Source: Octopus sinensis (Eukaryota). Taken from it: DNA of 64,000 bases. Positions 14,407-26,200 of the stretch are shown here, piece after piece. The translations under genes were made by a program, and so were the position numbers. Numbering within the stretch: position 1 is the stretch's first letter; the number at the start of each line of letters is the position of its first letter. The notes under the pieces were generated by a model. That model searched no databases. It was not told the DNA's origin and saw nothing but the letters and a program-made list of their open reading frames with translations. The stretch covers positions 41,292,001 through 41,356,000 of the forward strand of contig NC_043007.1 of assembly GCF_006345805.1 (NCBI RefSeq), in the 5' to 3' direction.

Positions 14407-16425
14407 ATGTGTTTGTGTGTCTGTGTTTGTCTAGCATTGCTTGACAACCGATGCTGGTGTGTTTATGTCCCCGTTACTTAGCGGTTCGGCAAAAGAGACT
14501 GATTGAATAAGTACTGGGCTTACAAAAGAATAAGTCCCGGGGTCGAGTTGCTCGATTAAAGGCGGTGCTCCAGCATGGCCGCAGTCAAATGACTGAAACA
14601 AGTAAAAGAGTAAAGAGTAACACATACTGGCATAGAAGAGTGGACATAAAATATTGATGCTGACAATATTGTTCCTTTGCACTGACCAAATATGGTTCTT
14701 GTGAGTTCCACAAGTTTGTGATTTCTTCAATGTATTTTGCGAATATTGCAGAAATATTGAAGGAAATTTGTAGCATTTTGGTTGCGTATATGTACATGTG
14801 AGCATGTGTATATGCAGGGTATGTTTATGTAGCTGAGTAACATTACTGGCAATTAAGAAGAAGGTGGATTTGGTAAATATTGTATAAGAATGTTCATTCT
14901 GATTTTAGGTAGTCTGAGATAGCTGTCAGCAGCAATCCCTCTTATTTTAACTTCACAAGGTACAAGCATCCAACAACAGCCCTATTTTTAATAGTTACTT
15001 TGTATTTCTGTTTCTTATATTTCTTTAAGGTTTCAAAGGACCACAGTGCAAAATCAACATTGATAATTGTACGCCGAACCGATGCCAAGGCAATGGAACC
15101 TGCATTGACCAAATCGACAATTTTCATTGTCGCTGTCCAAGCTGGTTAACAGGGCAACTCTGTGGTAAGTCTTTGTTTAATTTCAGAATGATACAAAAGC
15201 TGTAATTGATTGCTCTTAAGTTTTCTAAAAGTAATTCATAAATTCTCTGTTCAAAACCTACCCTTAATCAGTTCTATTCACTAACACACCATTAAAACCC
15301 TATCATACTATTCTATTTATGATCATACCATGATACCCTTATCATACCATTCTATCAACTAGTATACCATTCTATTCACTATCATATTACTCCCATACAT
15401 TCATACATACACACACACATACACCTATACATAAGCACACACACATACACTCTTAACCACCACAGATCAAATTGACTAGGACTTCAAGTTTTGCCTGTTA
15501 GCTTGTTCAACTGGTTGAAAAAACTGCTTGACAAAGCTCAGTCTTCATAAAAAGCATTTAGCATAGTCATACCCATCAGTAAATGCTCAATTGTTATCCT
15601 TCATAGAATCCCTGCATATTATGGTTTAATCTTTGACCTGTCTGTCACACTGTTTTAACACCACTGCTTGACACCATTGGTGCCTTTAGAGGCAGAATGA
15701 GATAACTGTGCATGGCTGTTTGAATGCAGACAATTTGGCATGGCTGACTGAACATTCAATATGTTTTGGCAACAGTACTTTTTGGTACTGCAGACAAACA
15801 TACAGAGAGAGCGGGGGGAGGGGGAAGAGGCAGAGGTAGAGAGAGGGGGGAAGGAAAGAGTCAGAAGTAGAGAGAGAGAGTGAAACATTAAAATGTCTAA
15901 TGTCAAATAAGTTTGCATTGAATCAATGATGCCAAAATGACTCATACCATTTTAGTGGAGCCTGCTTTGCTGTGTCTAAGTCAGGTCTTCAGTTTGAAAA
16001 TACACTCCTCCCCCTCCCTGCCATCAGTCTCAGTAGCCTTATAAAGGGTCATGAGCACTGCCCTCCCTCTTGACGAAATGATAAAACAAAGTTTGAACGT
16101 ATTCTTACTCTTCAATTATGCAGTTATTTTAACATTCTAATTATCCATTTCATACAGTTTTGTTTCTTCTTTCCTTTTTTGATATTTTGGTATTTTCATT
16201 TGATTACTAGAAACCAAAATTGGTCCCAAACCACTGGTCGATGGAGTGGCCTCAACTGGTATTGATGGCAGTACCTTGGCAGTTCTTCTGTTGCTCTTCT
16301 ATGGTATAGCTTTCATCATCATAATCATTGCTTGCATATGGACACGCAAGGAACGGAGACATCCAAGAGACTTCTGTTTCGAAATCCCTCTCAATAAATA
16401 TTATAACATATCTGATTTAATGTAA
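2267..16425 (+). CDS. 3' part of a spliced gene for a single-pass transmembrane EGF-repeat protein (Notch/Crumbs/Delta/fibropellin-type EGFs, at least 7 repeats, TM helix, ~26-aa tail); the 5' end is not identified and probably lies upstream of the window
   Basis: Eight GT-AG exons join in frame: 2267-2310, 2715-2868, 5985-6119, 9143-9253, 11982-12116, 13077-13187, 15030-15164, 16211-16425. They give 7 six-cysteine EGF repeats, the hydrophobic stretch [22 protein letters not shown], then TRKERR...SDLM*. Confidence 0.9.
2715..2868 (+). CDS. EGF-TM gene exon ([51 protein letters not shown])
   Basis: atcag acceptor, gtcagt donor; calcium-binding EGF consensus; overlaps ORF 2724..2915. Confidence 0.92.
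3180..5605 (+). mobile_element. tRNA-derived CORE-like SINE split at its internal (TA)n by a ~1.9-kb tandem insert
   Basis: 5' half (gtggctgtgtggtaag...gggttcagtccc...ccttgggcaagtg) at 3180-3335 and 3' half (...gcggtgctccagcatggc...aagtaaaagaataaaag) at about 5380-5605 match the intact copy at 14203-14620. Confidence 0.75.
3400..5240. repeat. Two near-identical head-to-tail ~944-bp units, each with a ~155-bp inverted repeat (3453-3607/3716-3868 and 4397-4551/4660-4812)
   Basis: Direct comparison; duplicated ORFs are offset by 944 nt; units are separated by (TA)n. Confidence 0.9.
5985..6119 (+). CDS. EGF-TM gene exon, 135 nt ([45 protein letters not shown])
   Basis: aacag acceptor, gtaagg donor, phase 1-1. 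Confidence 0.92.
7399..8995 (+). mobile_element. Internally deleted Ty3/Gypsy LTR retrotransposon (LTRs ~7399-7640 and 8726-8995; decayed integrase only)
   Basis: Direct repeats start TGTTGTG and the 3' one ends CACAACA. PBS-like TGGCAAC follows the 5' LTR and a polypurine tract AAGGTGGGGGGGAGA precedes the 3' LTR. Broken frames encode [36 protein letters not shown] and SNGQVE (K02A2.6-like integrase). Confidence 0.88.
9143..9253 (+). CDS. EGF-TM gene exon, 111 nt ([37 protein letters not shown])
   Basis: tttag acceptor, gtaatg donor, phase 1-1. Confidence 0.9.
9788..10345. repeat. Nested inverted-repeat element in (TA)n (arms 9948-10115/10133-10300 and ~9791-9837/10299-10343); Penelope-like remnant
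   Basis: Near-perfect reverse-complement arms of ~168 bp; carries a hammerhead motif; flanked by (TA)n. Confidence 0.75.
9916..9978 (-). ncRNA. Type I hammerhead ribozyme motif, intact core
   Basis: GUCUUG-CUGAUGA-GUAC(GGUCGCAAUUUCUGCGGUAA)GUAC-GAAA-UCAC(AG)GUGA-UA^-CAGGAC; stems I, II and III all pair. Confidence 0.85.
11399..11809. mobile_element. hAT/Charlie-type MITE
   Basis: TIRs CAGTGGTTCT.../...AGAACCACTG; imperfect 8-bp TSD ttttagac/ttttagga. Confidence 0.7.
11982..12116 (+). CDS. EGF-TM gene exon, 135 nt ([45 protein letters not shown])
   Basis: ataag acceptor, gtaagt donor, phase 1-1. Confidence 0.92.
13077..13187 (+). CDS. EGF-TM gene exon, 111 nt ([37 protein letters not shown])
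   Basis: attag acceptor, gtaagt donor; paralog of exon 9143-9253. Confidence 0.9.
14203..14620 (+). mobile_element. Full-length tRNA-derived CORE-like SINE; further copies or fragments at ~13435-13560, 18645-18800, 30395-30550, 34190-34340, 58750-58930, 59466-59618 and 62045-62440
   Basis: A/B-box-like head (tggctgtgtggt...gggttcagtccc), CORE-like ccttgggcaagtgtctt, internal (TA/TG)n, short-repeat tail aagagtaaagagt. Confidence 0.8.
15030..15164 (+). CDS. EGF-TM gene exon, 135 nt ([45 protein letters not shown])
   Basis: ttaag acceptor, gtaagt donor; paralog of exon 11982-12116. Confidence 0.92.
16211..16425 (+). CDS. EGF-TM gene terminal coding exon (juxtamembrane linker, TM helix, short cytoplasmic tail, TAA)
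   Basis: actag acceptor; [71 protein letters not shown]. Confidence 0.88.
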
Positions 16426-16432
16426 TAATAAT

Positions 16433-16438
16433 AATAAA
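16433..16438 (+). terminator. Candidate polyadenylation signal AATAAA of the EGF-TM gene
   Basis: AATAAA a few nt after the stop, followed by a T/GT-rich stretch; actual use not provable from sequence. Confidence 0.35.
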
Positions 16439-17176
16439 TACATAATTTCTTATCCGTGTTTTCTTTTCACTGGACCCAACTTCAACTCTGTGAGTGAAAA
16501 GATTTTGATATAGGTATGAAGATTTTTACAGTCTATCAGAATCAAGGAGCTCTCACATTTTGATGAGAGCTATAGAGACATACAGAAAGAGTTAGCTGTC
16601 TGTCTTTCTCACTTCACCTCTATTCCAAGATAGCTCTGTTGTATGTATTAGACGTGATCTGTGTATGTGAAAGTTTCCATATGGCTAGTTACACTTAATA
16701 TTTTAGTTTTCAACTACTTTTGATCTTGTAAAATTACTAATACCACAGCAAGTTTTCCCCTTACACCATCTATATTAATCTTTATTGTAAAGCAAAGATA
16801 AAACTTATTTAAAGTTAAAGCCCAAGAGTGTGCTACAGTCACTTTTGAGAGCCACTGGCTTAGATAGATAGATACATAAATAAGCACATAGACAGGCAGA
16901 CAAATAGATAGAGTAACTGGAAAAGTAAAGTCAGCCATATAATCAGATTCATCACCATCATTTTAACATCCATCTTACCATGCTTGCAAGAGTTAGATGG
17001 AATCTGTTGAGGTAGCTTTTCTATGACCATATGCTCACCTGTTTCCAAGCAAGGAAATGTTTCCCATGGCTAAATATTGTTTTCCAAAAGGGCCTGGAAA
17101 TGAACAACATTGTTTGTATGATGATCATGTTCATTTACAAGCATCACATATCAAGACAGAAATACACATACATATA

Positions 17177-17380
17177 TACAAGGGGTGCTGAAAAGATTCT
17201 GGCTTTGGGCAAAAGAGAATATAGGAGGATCAGTTAATTATGACTTTATTCAACATATTCCCTTCTCAGATACACTTATTGCAGTGGTCCCTTCAGTTTT
17301 TCTAAGCCCTGTAAAAGAACTCAGCCAAGCCTTTTGCAATGCCCTTAAAGCCAGGAACTTTTCAGCAACTTCTCATATAT
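17177..17380. mobile_element. Short mariner-type MITE; second copy at ~37281-37501
   Basis: Imperfect TIRs (tacaaggggtgctgaaaag / cttttcagcaacttctcata); same internal sequence in two copies. Confidence 0.55.
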
Positions 17381-17926
17381 ACATTTCTCTTGTGTATACA
17401 GTTAAATGTACAACTGGTACTGGCGAGTTTAGAGCTCTATGTAGATTATCATCATCCAGTCTGCTTCCAGTAAAGTTCTTTGGTTACTGCTACACTTAGT
17501 AGTATTACTGGTTATGATATACAGTTATGACTCAATATACGAGTTAATTTGTTCCCAGAGACAGCTCGTAAAGCAAAAACTCATAAAGCAGAGCAATAAT
17601 TTCCCATAGTAACAGTGTTATAAATCATGATTCGTTCTCAGCTAATAGCTTATTTATTCATAACCTGCCAGCTTTTCACAACACCACTGGCTATCAGTTT
17701 GACTGATTTTTGTTCTGGCATTCGGTACAAGGCCGGCTATTGCTGATGATCTACAACTAACAGTGAAATCATTTTATATAGTAGTGCCATCTACTGGTGC
17801 AAATGATCATTTCATTAACCAATATAATCGATACTTAATTAGCACATGTCATCAATACAAGAGGGTATCTCTGGTTGTTTACAGCAGTTTAAATCCAATT
17901 TAGGCTGGATATACTAATTATTATTC

Positions 17927-17964
<38 letters not shown>

Positions 17965-18573
17965 TTAAGGTCGCGCCCATCAGTTTCAATGTATGAGTGT
18001 TTGAAGGAGAGGACTTAAAGAGAGTAATAGAAAGAGAGAGAAAAAAAGACTAAGAAGCTACATCTATTTGCAATGGATGCATGAATATAATTTCAGTCCA
18101 GGTATGGATTTTGTTATGAAGTCGCAATGAAGACAGTGACGATTTTGGTTTTGCCTGGGATTGGGCAAGTGTGTCTGTTGACTGTGGGATATAGTTCTAT
18201 TGTTCTTTTTCTTCAACTCAAATTGTTTGGATGCTTCGTGACTCATTTCACACCATGCAGATCGATCTAAGCAATGACTTTCACAAAATGTCAGGTTAAG
18301 TTGTAGAGATTTTAGTAACTGCTTCAACTTATCCTTACTCCTAAAGAGACTTTGCCACAATATCTCTCCACTTGTTGGCCATTCTAATACCTCTTAGAGG
18401 TGTGGGTTTGATTCCCAAATGTATTAATACCCACTTTTTTTCTGCTGAGAGCTTATATGCCCCAATATTAGACTATTTTCTATAACCAATACACAGTGAA
18501 TGCTTATAAGCTTAAAGCTTATAATTATTTACAGAATTTTCACTCGTCACTGTTTCTTAATTTAATGTAGAAT

Positions 18574-18626
<53 letters not shown>

Positions 18627-19199
18627 TGCACATATACACACACACAAGTTTCTCCAGTTTCTGTCTACCAGATCTACTTACAAGGCTTTGGCTAACCAAG
18701 GACTATAATAGAGGACACTTGCCCAAAGTGTTCCAGAGTGGGACTGAACCTGAGACCATATGGTTGTAAAGCAAGCTTTATCAAGCACACAGCTACACCT
18801 GTAATTCTATTCTAAGACAGAAAGTAGATGAATAGACAGAGAACAAATCCATCACTGAAAATGAAAGCTAACAAGATAAAAGATAAATAAATAACACAAC
18901 TCAATCTGTCTGCAATAAATATAAAAATAGTTTAATAAACAATGGAAAAATAGGTTGAAGCCATTTTTGGTTTTGGTGTGTGTGTGTGTGTGTGTGTAGC
19001 AGAAGTAATAGTAGAGCTTATGTGTGTGAGGTTGGTCTGCATGTGAGTGTGTTATGTCTCTGTAGAACAGGGTGTTAGTGTGTATGTATGTCTGTGAGAG
19101 TATCTGTGGTAAGGTTAATGTATATGCATATGTAGTTATAGTGGTGTTTTGTGTGTGCATGTATATGTTGTAGGTGATCAATCACCTGAAGACAGATGA

Positions 19200-20130
19200 T
19201 GGTGTTTTGGCTGTTGTATGTAGTGGCATTAAGATACCTCTATGGCAGTTGTTGCTGCTAGTGCTGTTGTTGTTGTTGTTTCAGATGTGGAGAGAGTGTG
19301 ACACCCCAGGGTTGAGGTGGCGGGGAATCATAATTGCTGCCATTGAGTATCAGAAGTGTTGAGGGTGTGACACCCTGAGGGCAGTTGCTGCTGCTAGTGT
19401 TGTTGTTGCTGTAATTATCTCAGATGTAATACCTGAAGGGCAGGTGTAGTAGTAGTAGCTGTCATTATGACTGTTCATGTAGTTGTTTCTGTGTGTGTGT
19501 GCAAAGAGGGGTATGGGTGAGGGGGGAGAGAGAGAGCAGGGAAGAGGTGGGAGAGGGTGGCAGTGAGTGCAATTGCTGAAGCTTTGAGTATTGCATACAG
19601 TGAAGGGGAGAGGGGTAGCATTAACACCTGAGTACAGTTGTTGCATTCGGTTCAACATGTGTGTGGGGTGGATCAGAAGATGACACCTGAGAACAGCTGG
19701 TTGTTGATGCTGATGATGTTTTTCTTGTTTGTTTTGTACTTATAGAATTATGTGTTGTTGTTGTGTTGTTGTTGTGGTGATGTTGGTGATGATGTGGTTG
19801 TCCCTGCATTCATAGTTGTAGCAACAGAAATTTGTTGTTGATGTTGTTGTTGTTGTTGTTGTTGTCACTTATTTGCATTTTTAGCAATACAGCTGCTGCT
19901 GCTGCTGTTTCTTGTGGTGTTGCTGCTGCATTTTTTAAGGTTATTCTTTACATAGTTATTGTTGTTGCTTCTTTTTATAAGAGCTCTTGTTGTTGTTGTT
20001 GTAGATATCGCTGTTGTTAATTGTTGTCCTTCATAAGACTTGCTATTGTAGTTGTTTGTGGTTTTTATAGTTGCAGTTGTTGTTGTTGTTGTAGCAAATG
20101 TCTTTTGGCAGTTAAAGTTGTTGTTTGCTG
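19200..20130. repeat. Degenerate (GTT/GCT)n triplet low-complexity region in the probable STYX 3' UTR
   Basis: Many interrupted TTG/CTG runs immediately downstream of the STYX stop. Confidence 0.6.
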
Positions 20131-20248
20131 CTAAATCACAACATCCAGAAATTGGAGAGAAAAAAAAATTTTTTTAAAAAAAAGCAACAAGCTGGATCAT
20201 TCCCGTTGAGGTGAGACCATTAGTCACAGTAATCAGCTGGACAATAAT

Positions 20249-20277
20249 TCAGTCTTCATATTTTCTCTTTAAAGGAC
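20249..20277 (-). CDS. STYX: STYX terminal coding exon (GPLKRKYED*)
   Basis: ttcag acceptor, phase matches, resembles the vertebrate GSLKRTHEE C-terminal motif. Confidence 0.82.
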
Positions 20278-23200
20278 CTGAAGAACAACAAAGACACCAC
20301 AGATTAAAATTATCAAAAAACTGACAAAAGTAAAAACAAAACATAATTTTCTTTACTTTTATTACCGTAAATCCTCGAGTATAGTTCGCTCTTGAGTATA
20401 ATACACAGGGCATTTTTAGCGGGCTGTACCTCTGAAAAACCTAAACCTTGTGTATAATACGCACCCCTTCTCTAACTTGAGTCAAAGAGGTCTATATAAC
20501 GTCCTTGGTTTGTAAAAATGTATACAGTAACGTACTTTATTATTATTATACATATAACATAATGCAGACATGTAGCTTTTTTGTGCATTTTGCTTGCAGA
20601 AAATAATGAAATAACAGTAATAACGTTTAATAAATGTTGCAAGTTATGAATGATTCTTCTATGACTTCATTGCTTTCAGGTTTAGCTTAAGGTAATTTCG
20701 CACCTGACATCACAAAATGAGTCTGAATAAACATTGCCGGACAGCAAATAGAGACTCGGACATTGCTTAGAAAATATTTTTCCTTTTTAACCTCATATAT
20801 AGTACGAACTAGGGATTTTGACCTTTAAATTTTGGGGAAAAAAATGCGGATTATACTTGAGGATTTACGGCATGCTTTTTTGTTTTAATTTTTATAAATT
20901 TCAAATTCATTATCATTTTAATGTCCAATTTTCTACTTTTGCATGGGTTAGACAGAGTTAACGAGGCAAATTTTCTATGGCTAGAATCCCTTCCTCTCAC
21001 CAACCCTCACTTGTTTCTAAGCAAGGCAATATTCCACCATGGCCAGACATGTTCTTAGAGAAGACTGGAAATGAATGACACAGATCAGATAACAGTAACA
21101 CTCATTTACAACTATCACATGATGTTCAGACAAGGAGACACATACATACTCATATGCATATCTATGAAACACACATATTCATCCACAACACACGCGTGTG
21201 TGTGTGTGTCATCATTTAATGTCCACTTTCCATGCTGGCATGGGTTGAATGGTTTGACTAAGGATTGGCAAGCCAGAAGGATGCACCAAGCTCCAATCTG
21301 ATTTGGCAAGGTTTTTACAGCTGGCTGCCCTTCCTAACACCAACCATTCCAAGAGTTTAGTGGGTGCTTTCTATTTGCCAATCAGGCAGTACTGGCATTG
21401 ACCACACTCAAATGGTGCTTTTTACATGCCACTGGCACAGGCACCAGTCAGGCGTAACTGGCATTGGCCACACTTGAATGGTACTTTTTACATGCCACTA
21501 GCATGGATGCCAGTCAGGCAGCACTGGCATCGGCCATGACTACAATTTCACTTGATTCAACAGGTCTTCACAAGCACGGCATATTGCCCAACATTTGAAG
21601 AGTGCCTTTAAATGCGCCAGTTATGCAACAATGGCATCAGCCACGGCTACAATTTCACTTGGTTTGCAGGATCTTCTCAAGCACAACATATCTCCAAAAG
21701 TCTTGGTCGCATGTCATTGCCTCTATGAGGCCCAATGTTTGAAGGTCATGCTTCACCACCTCATCCCATGTCTTCCTGGGTTTACCTCCTCTACAGGTTC
21801 CCTCCACTGTTAGGGTGTGACACTTCTTCACACAGCTGTCCTCACCAGCGCAGTCATCTCTCTTGTACACCACATCTCATGCTTCTTATGTCCAACTTTT
21901 CTGTCAGGAGGCTTACACTCTGTTCTGTATGCACACTGACATTACACATCAAGCAGAGCATATCAGCTTCATTTCTTTCAAGCCTATGCATGTCCTCAGC
22001 AGTCACAGCCCATGTTTCACTGCTGTGTAGCATGACTTTTCACACACATGCCTTTCAGTCTGAGTGAGAAGCCCTCTGTTACCAGCAGAGGTAGGAGCTC
22101 TCTGAACTTTGCCCAGACTATTCTTATTCTAGCAGTTACACTCTCAGAGCATCCACCCTAACTACTGACTTGATCACCAAGGTAACAGAAGCTATCAACT
22201 ACTTCTTGTTTTTTCCTCTGGTATGTGATGGAATCTGTTTTCTGTACTTCTTTGGTGTTTATTGCCACAGACTAAAACTATTTTTCCAGTTAACCTTCCT
22301 TGGATATGGCTGCACCTCTTATGTGCTCATAGCTTACACCGTATACATCAGGTAGATCAAACAGGGCCATCTACCTCAAGAAATTTGTGACTTGTCTGCC
22401 TTCCTACTTACTAAGACTTTGGTTTTAGTGACATTGACTCTAAGGCCCTTCAATTCTAAACCTTGCTTCCACACCTGAAATTTCTTTAGTTCTGGTAGTG
22501 ATTCTGCTATGAGAGCCAGGTCATCAGCATAGAGGAGTTTCCAGGGGCAACCTGTTTTGAATTCCTTTGTTACTGCCTGGAGGACTATGATGAATATGAG
22601 GGGGCCAAGGGCTGATCCTTGGTGGACCCCTACTTCTATCCAGAATTCTTCACTATACTCATTGCCAACACTAACTTTACATACAGCATCTCTGTACAGC
22701 CCTTATTAACCATTTGTCAATCCCTAGTTTCTGCATCGCCCACTAGATAAGGGATCGGGGGACCCTGTCAAAGGCTTTCTCCAAATCCACAAAAGCCAAG
22801 TATAGGGGTTGATCCTTCATACTTACTAAGACTTTGGTTTTTGCTAGGTTTACTCTAAGGCCCTTTGATTCTAGACCCTGCTTCCACACTTGAAACTTCT
22901 TCTCTAGTTCTGGTAGTGACTCAGCTATTAGATCAAGGTCATCAGCATAGAGGAGCTCCCAGGGGTCAACTACATTGTTCCACCACCATGTTACCTCAGG
23001 TCGAGAGGGAACTTTGCACCAGCTAGATCTGGTCAGTAGCCTTTAACAGGTTGTCTCATAGGAACCTCCAGTTGTCCTCCACATTATGTGATGCTATATC
23101 CTCCTCTTTTGTGTCAAAAGCTTCAAGTTATACATCTCTAAATTACTGTCCATTCACAGGATCTTTAAGCTTCCAGGCCCTTCTTTTCCATGCTGGTCAT

Positions 23201-26200
23201 CTTCTGGGCAGCCATTTAGCCTTGATCCTGAAGTTGATAACTACTAACCTGGGAAAATTTTGGCATTTATAAATAACTGTCTTTCTCATTTCCTGGCGAG
23301 AATGTAGTCAATCTGACAAATGTACCCACCAGACTGGTAGGTGAACAAGTGACTGGTAGGTTTCCTGGAGTTAATATTACAGATCATAAGATCATTTGCA
23401 TTACAGAACTCCAGTAGCCTGGTTCTCTCTTCATTGCAGGAACCAAATCCGTTGCTATCAAGTACACCATGGGAGCTCCCTGGACGTTGTCCAACAAGCC
23501 TGCTGAAGTCAGCAGCCACAGAGAGAAGCTCCCTGTTAGTTGTTAATGAGGCAGTCTACAAGTGGGTATCATAAAATCGGTTTTTCTTTTAATCAGGTAG
23601 CCCTGGCTGAGGGGCATAGGCCGAGATAATGGTTGCTAATCCATGTTGCAGTACTAGTCTAAGCTCAAGTATTCTATCACAGACTCTGACTACCTCAATT
23701 ACCTTAACCCATTTCTCTGCAAAGAGTATAAAAGTGTATGTGTTTGTGTTTATCACCCATGTTTTAACATTACATGATAATTGTAAATGAGCATCACTAT
23801 CATACAAGCTATGTTGTTTGTTTCCAATCATCACCATCATCGTTTAACGTCCGTTCTCCATGCTAGAGTTAAACGATGATGATGATGATTGGAAACAAAC
23901 AACATAGCTTACATGTAAAAGATGTCTGACCATGGGAATATATGTAACTTGCTTGGAAACAAGTCAGAGAGTGGTCATTGGAAGGGCATACAGCCATAAA
24001 AAAAATCTGCCTCAACAAATTCCATCGGACCCATGCATCATAGAAAAGTGAACGTTATCATCATGATGATGCTACAGAATTGTGTTAAGATAAACAATGA
24101 AAGCAAAGATAAAATTCTAGATAAAAGTTTACTGTTAACCTCTCAAATAATGGTTACTGCTCTTGTACAAATTAATAGGCAAAGAGATATAGAAATTTAA
24201 ATAGAAATTTCAAATATATTTTAAAAAATGCGAATTCTTAAAATTTACCTATTTCTGCTGACCTTTGTCCATTCATCTGAGACATACGGGCTCTGTATAT
24301 GGGTTCAAATTCCTGTTAGAAGTCAGAATTAAATCAAAATAATTTACATCAAGAACATTTTTCTTCCTTTTTTTTTTTTTAGTTGCTTTATTTTAATTTC
24401 TTCTGCTCTTTTAAATTAAGATAAAACTAACATGTAGAGGAGTTTGGCTGTTTAAGTAGAGCATCTTAAGTATAATCAACCCTAAATTAGTGTCATGAAA
24501 ACCTTTGCAATAAATAAATATATTCCAACAAGAGATGGACATAGCACATTAGGCATCACACAAAGCTCATTATCAGAACCAAGGCCCCAGGTCCTATAGT
24601 AAAGCTGGTCAACATAGTTAACTAAGGCCTGGCTCATAGAAGGATTTGAACTTAAATTAACAGCTAGATAGTATCAAGAAGTGTTTCTCTGCCATAGACA
24701 CAGTAGATAGTGACTTAAGAGAGACAATAGCGCATAGGATAAAATGACTTGCAGTATTTGTTCCCACTCTCTATGCTCAAAGTGCAGGCTTGTCTTTCGA
24801 GAATGAAAAAAAATGAAAAATTACGAATCCAGGGCAGTAGATTAGTGGGACTGCTAAAATGTCAGACAGGATTCTTCGCTGTATTTGTTCCAGCTCTTTG
24901 TATTCTCAGTTCAAATCACACCAACAGCTTACACTGGGGATAGACATCATCCATTGCATGACTTAACACCACCACCATCTGCCATGTTGGATGCCCTTAA
25001 TAGAGTTCAATCTGTTGCAAACAATTGGGCTAAGTTACTAGTTTCAGGATATTTTCTATCCTTCCTGCCTCCAACCTGTCTTAGAGAGCTTGTAAAGGAT
25101 CACCAGCACTATCATCCTTCCTGATGAAAAGATAACAGAAAGCAGCACAACTCCAGTTCAAGAGGTATCAGCCATAAAATGCTGTTCAGCTGATAGTTTG
25201 ACATTCTTCAGTTAACAAGCTGTGAACAGTAATTTATTGTCATTATCATTAATACTTGGTCAGCCCTGATCAGAGATATTCCACATTTTACCATTCCTAT
25301 ATCTAAGATTATATTAACCAAAGCATTTTTGCTTTTTTAAGATAGCAGGGTATGCTTTCAGGGAACTGTAGCTACTATTTCTAGAAGATGGAATGACTAC
25401 TATGTACATGGTAGTATTAACCTTAATGGCAATGGCTAGCAATGTTGGGAGCAGTGGAGGAGGTGGTGTTGGTGATAGTGATAGTGTTAAATACAGTACT
25501 GATAACACAGTGTAACATGATTTTTGTCCTTGGGTAGCAACTGTTATTTCCTATTTGCTTACTCCTAAAATAGAAAGTATGAAAAATGGTTAATATTTCC
25601 TTCAAACTCTGCTTTTGTAACATTTATTTAAACCCTAAATAATCCCTTTCAACACATGGCTATCATGCTTCCCCACTACTCCTGCTCGTGATCAGAGATC
25701 CACATACTGTCAGCCACTAAGGGACATGTTCATGTAGTTAAGGTCAAACAACTAACAAGCAAACACATCTGTAGTATTGAGCAGAATATGTTATAACAAT
25801 ATTTCTGCTTCAGCAACTCAGTGCTGAACCTGTCTGAAATGTAATGGGAAATAGGTCAGTTTCAAATCATTGACGTCCAGGTCACAAAAGCAAAGTTTGA
25901 AACAAATAGTAGTCATTTTCTTTGATTCCTAGATAGAAGCAAATAGGAAATAATATTTACTGACCAAAGACAAAAAAAAAAAAGAACAAAAATTTTGTTA
26001 CACAGTGTAATGCTTGTATTAATATTACAGATAATGGTGGTGATAGTGCTCAATCAGTAGTAATGTTGGTATTAGTGATATTACTGAGTGATAATGATAA
26101 CGTTGAATACAACAGTGATAATGTTAGTATTAGTAGGTTTTAGAGATATTATGAGTAATGGAGATGATAATGTTGGATACAGATTTGATAGTGTTGATAA

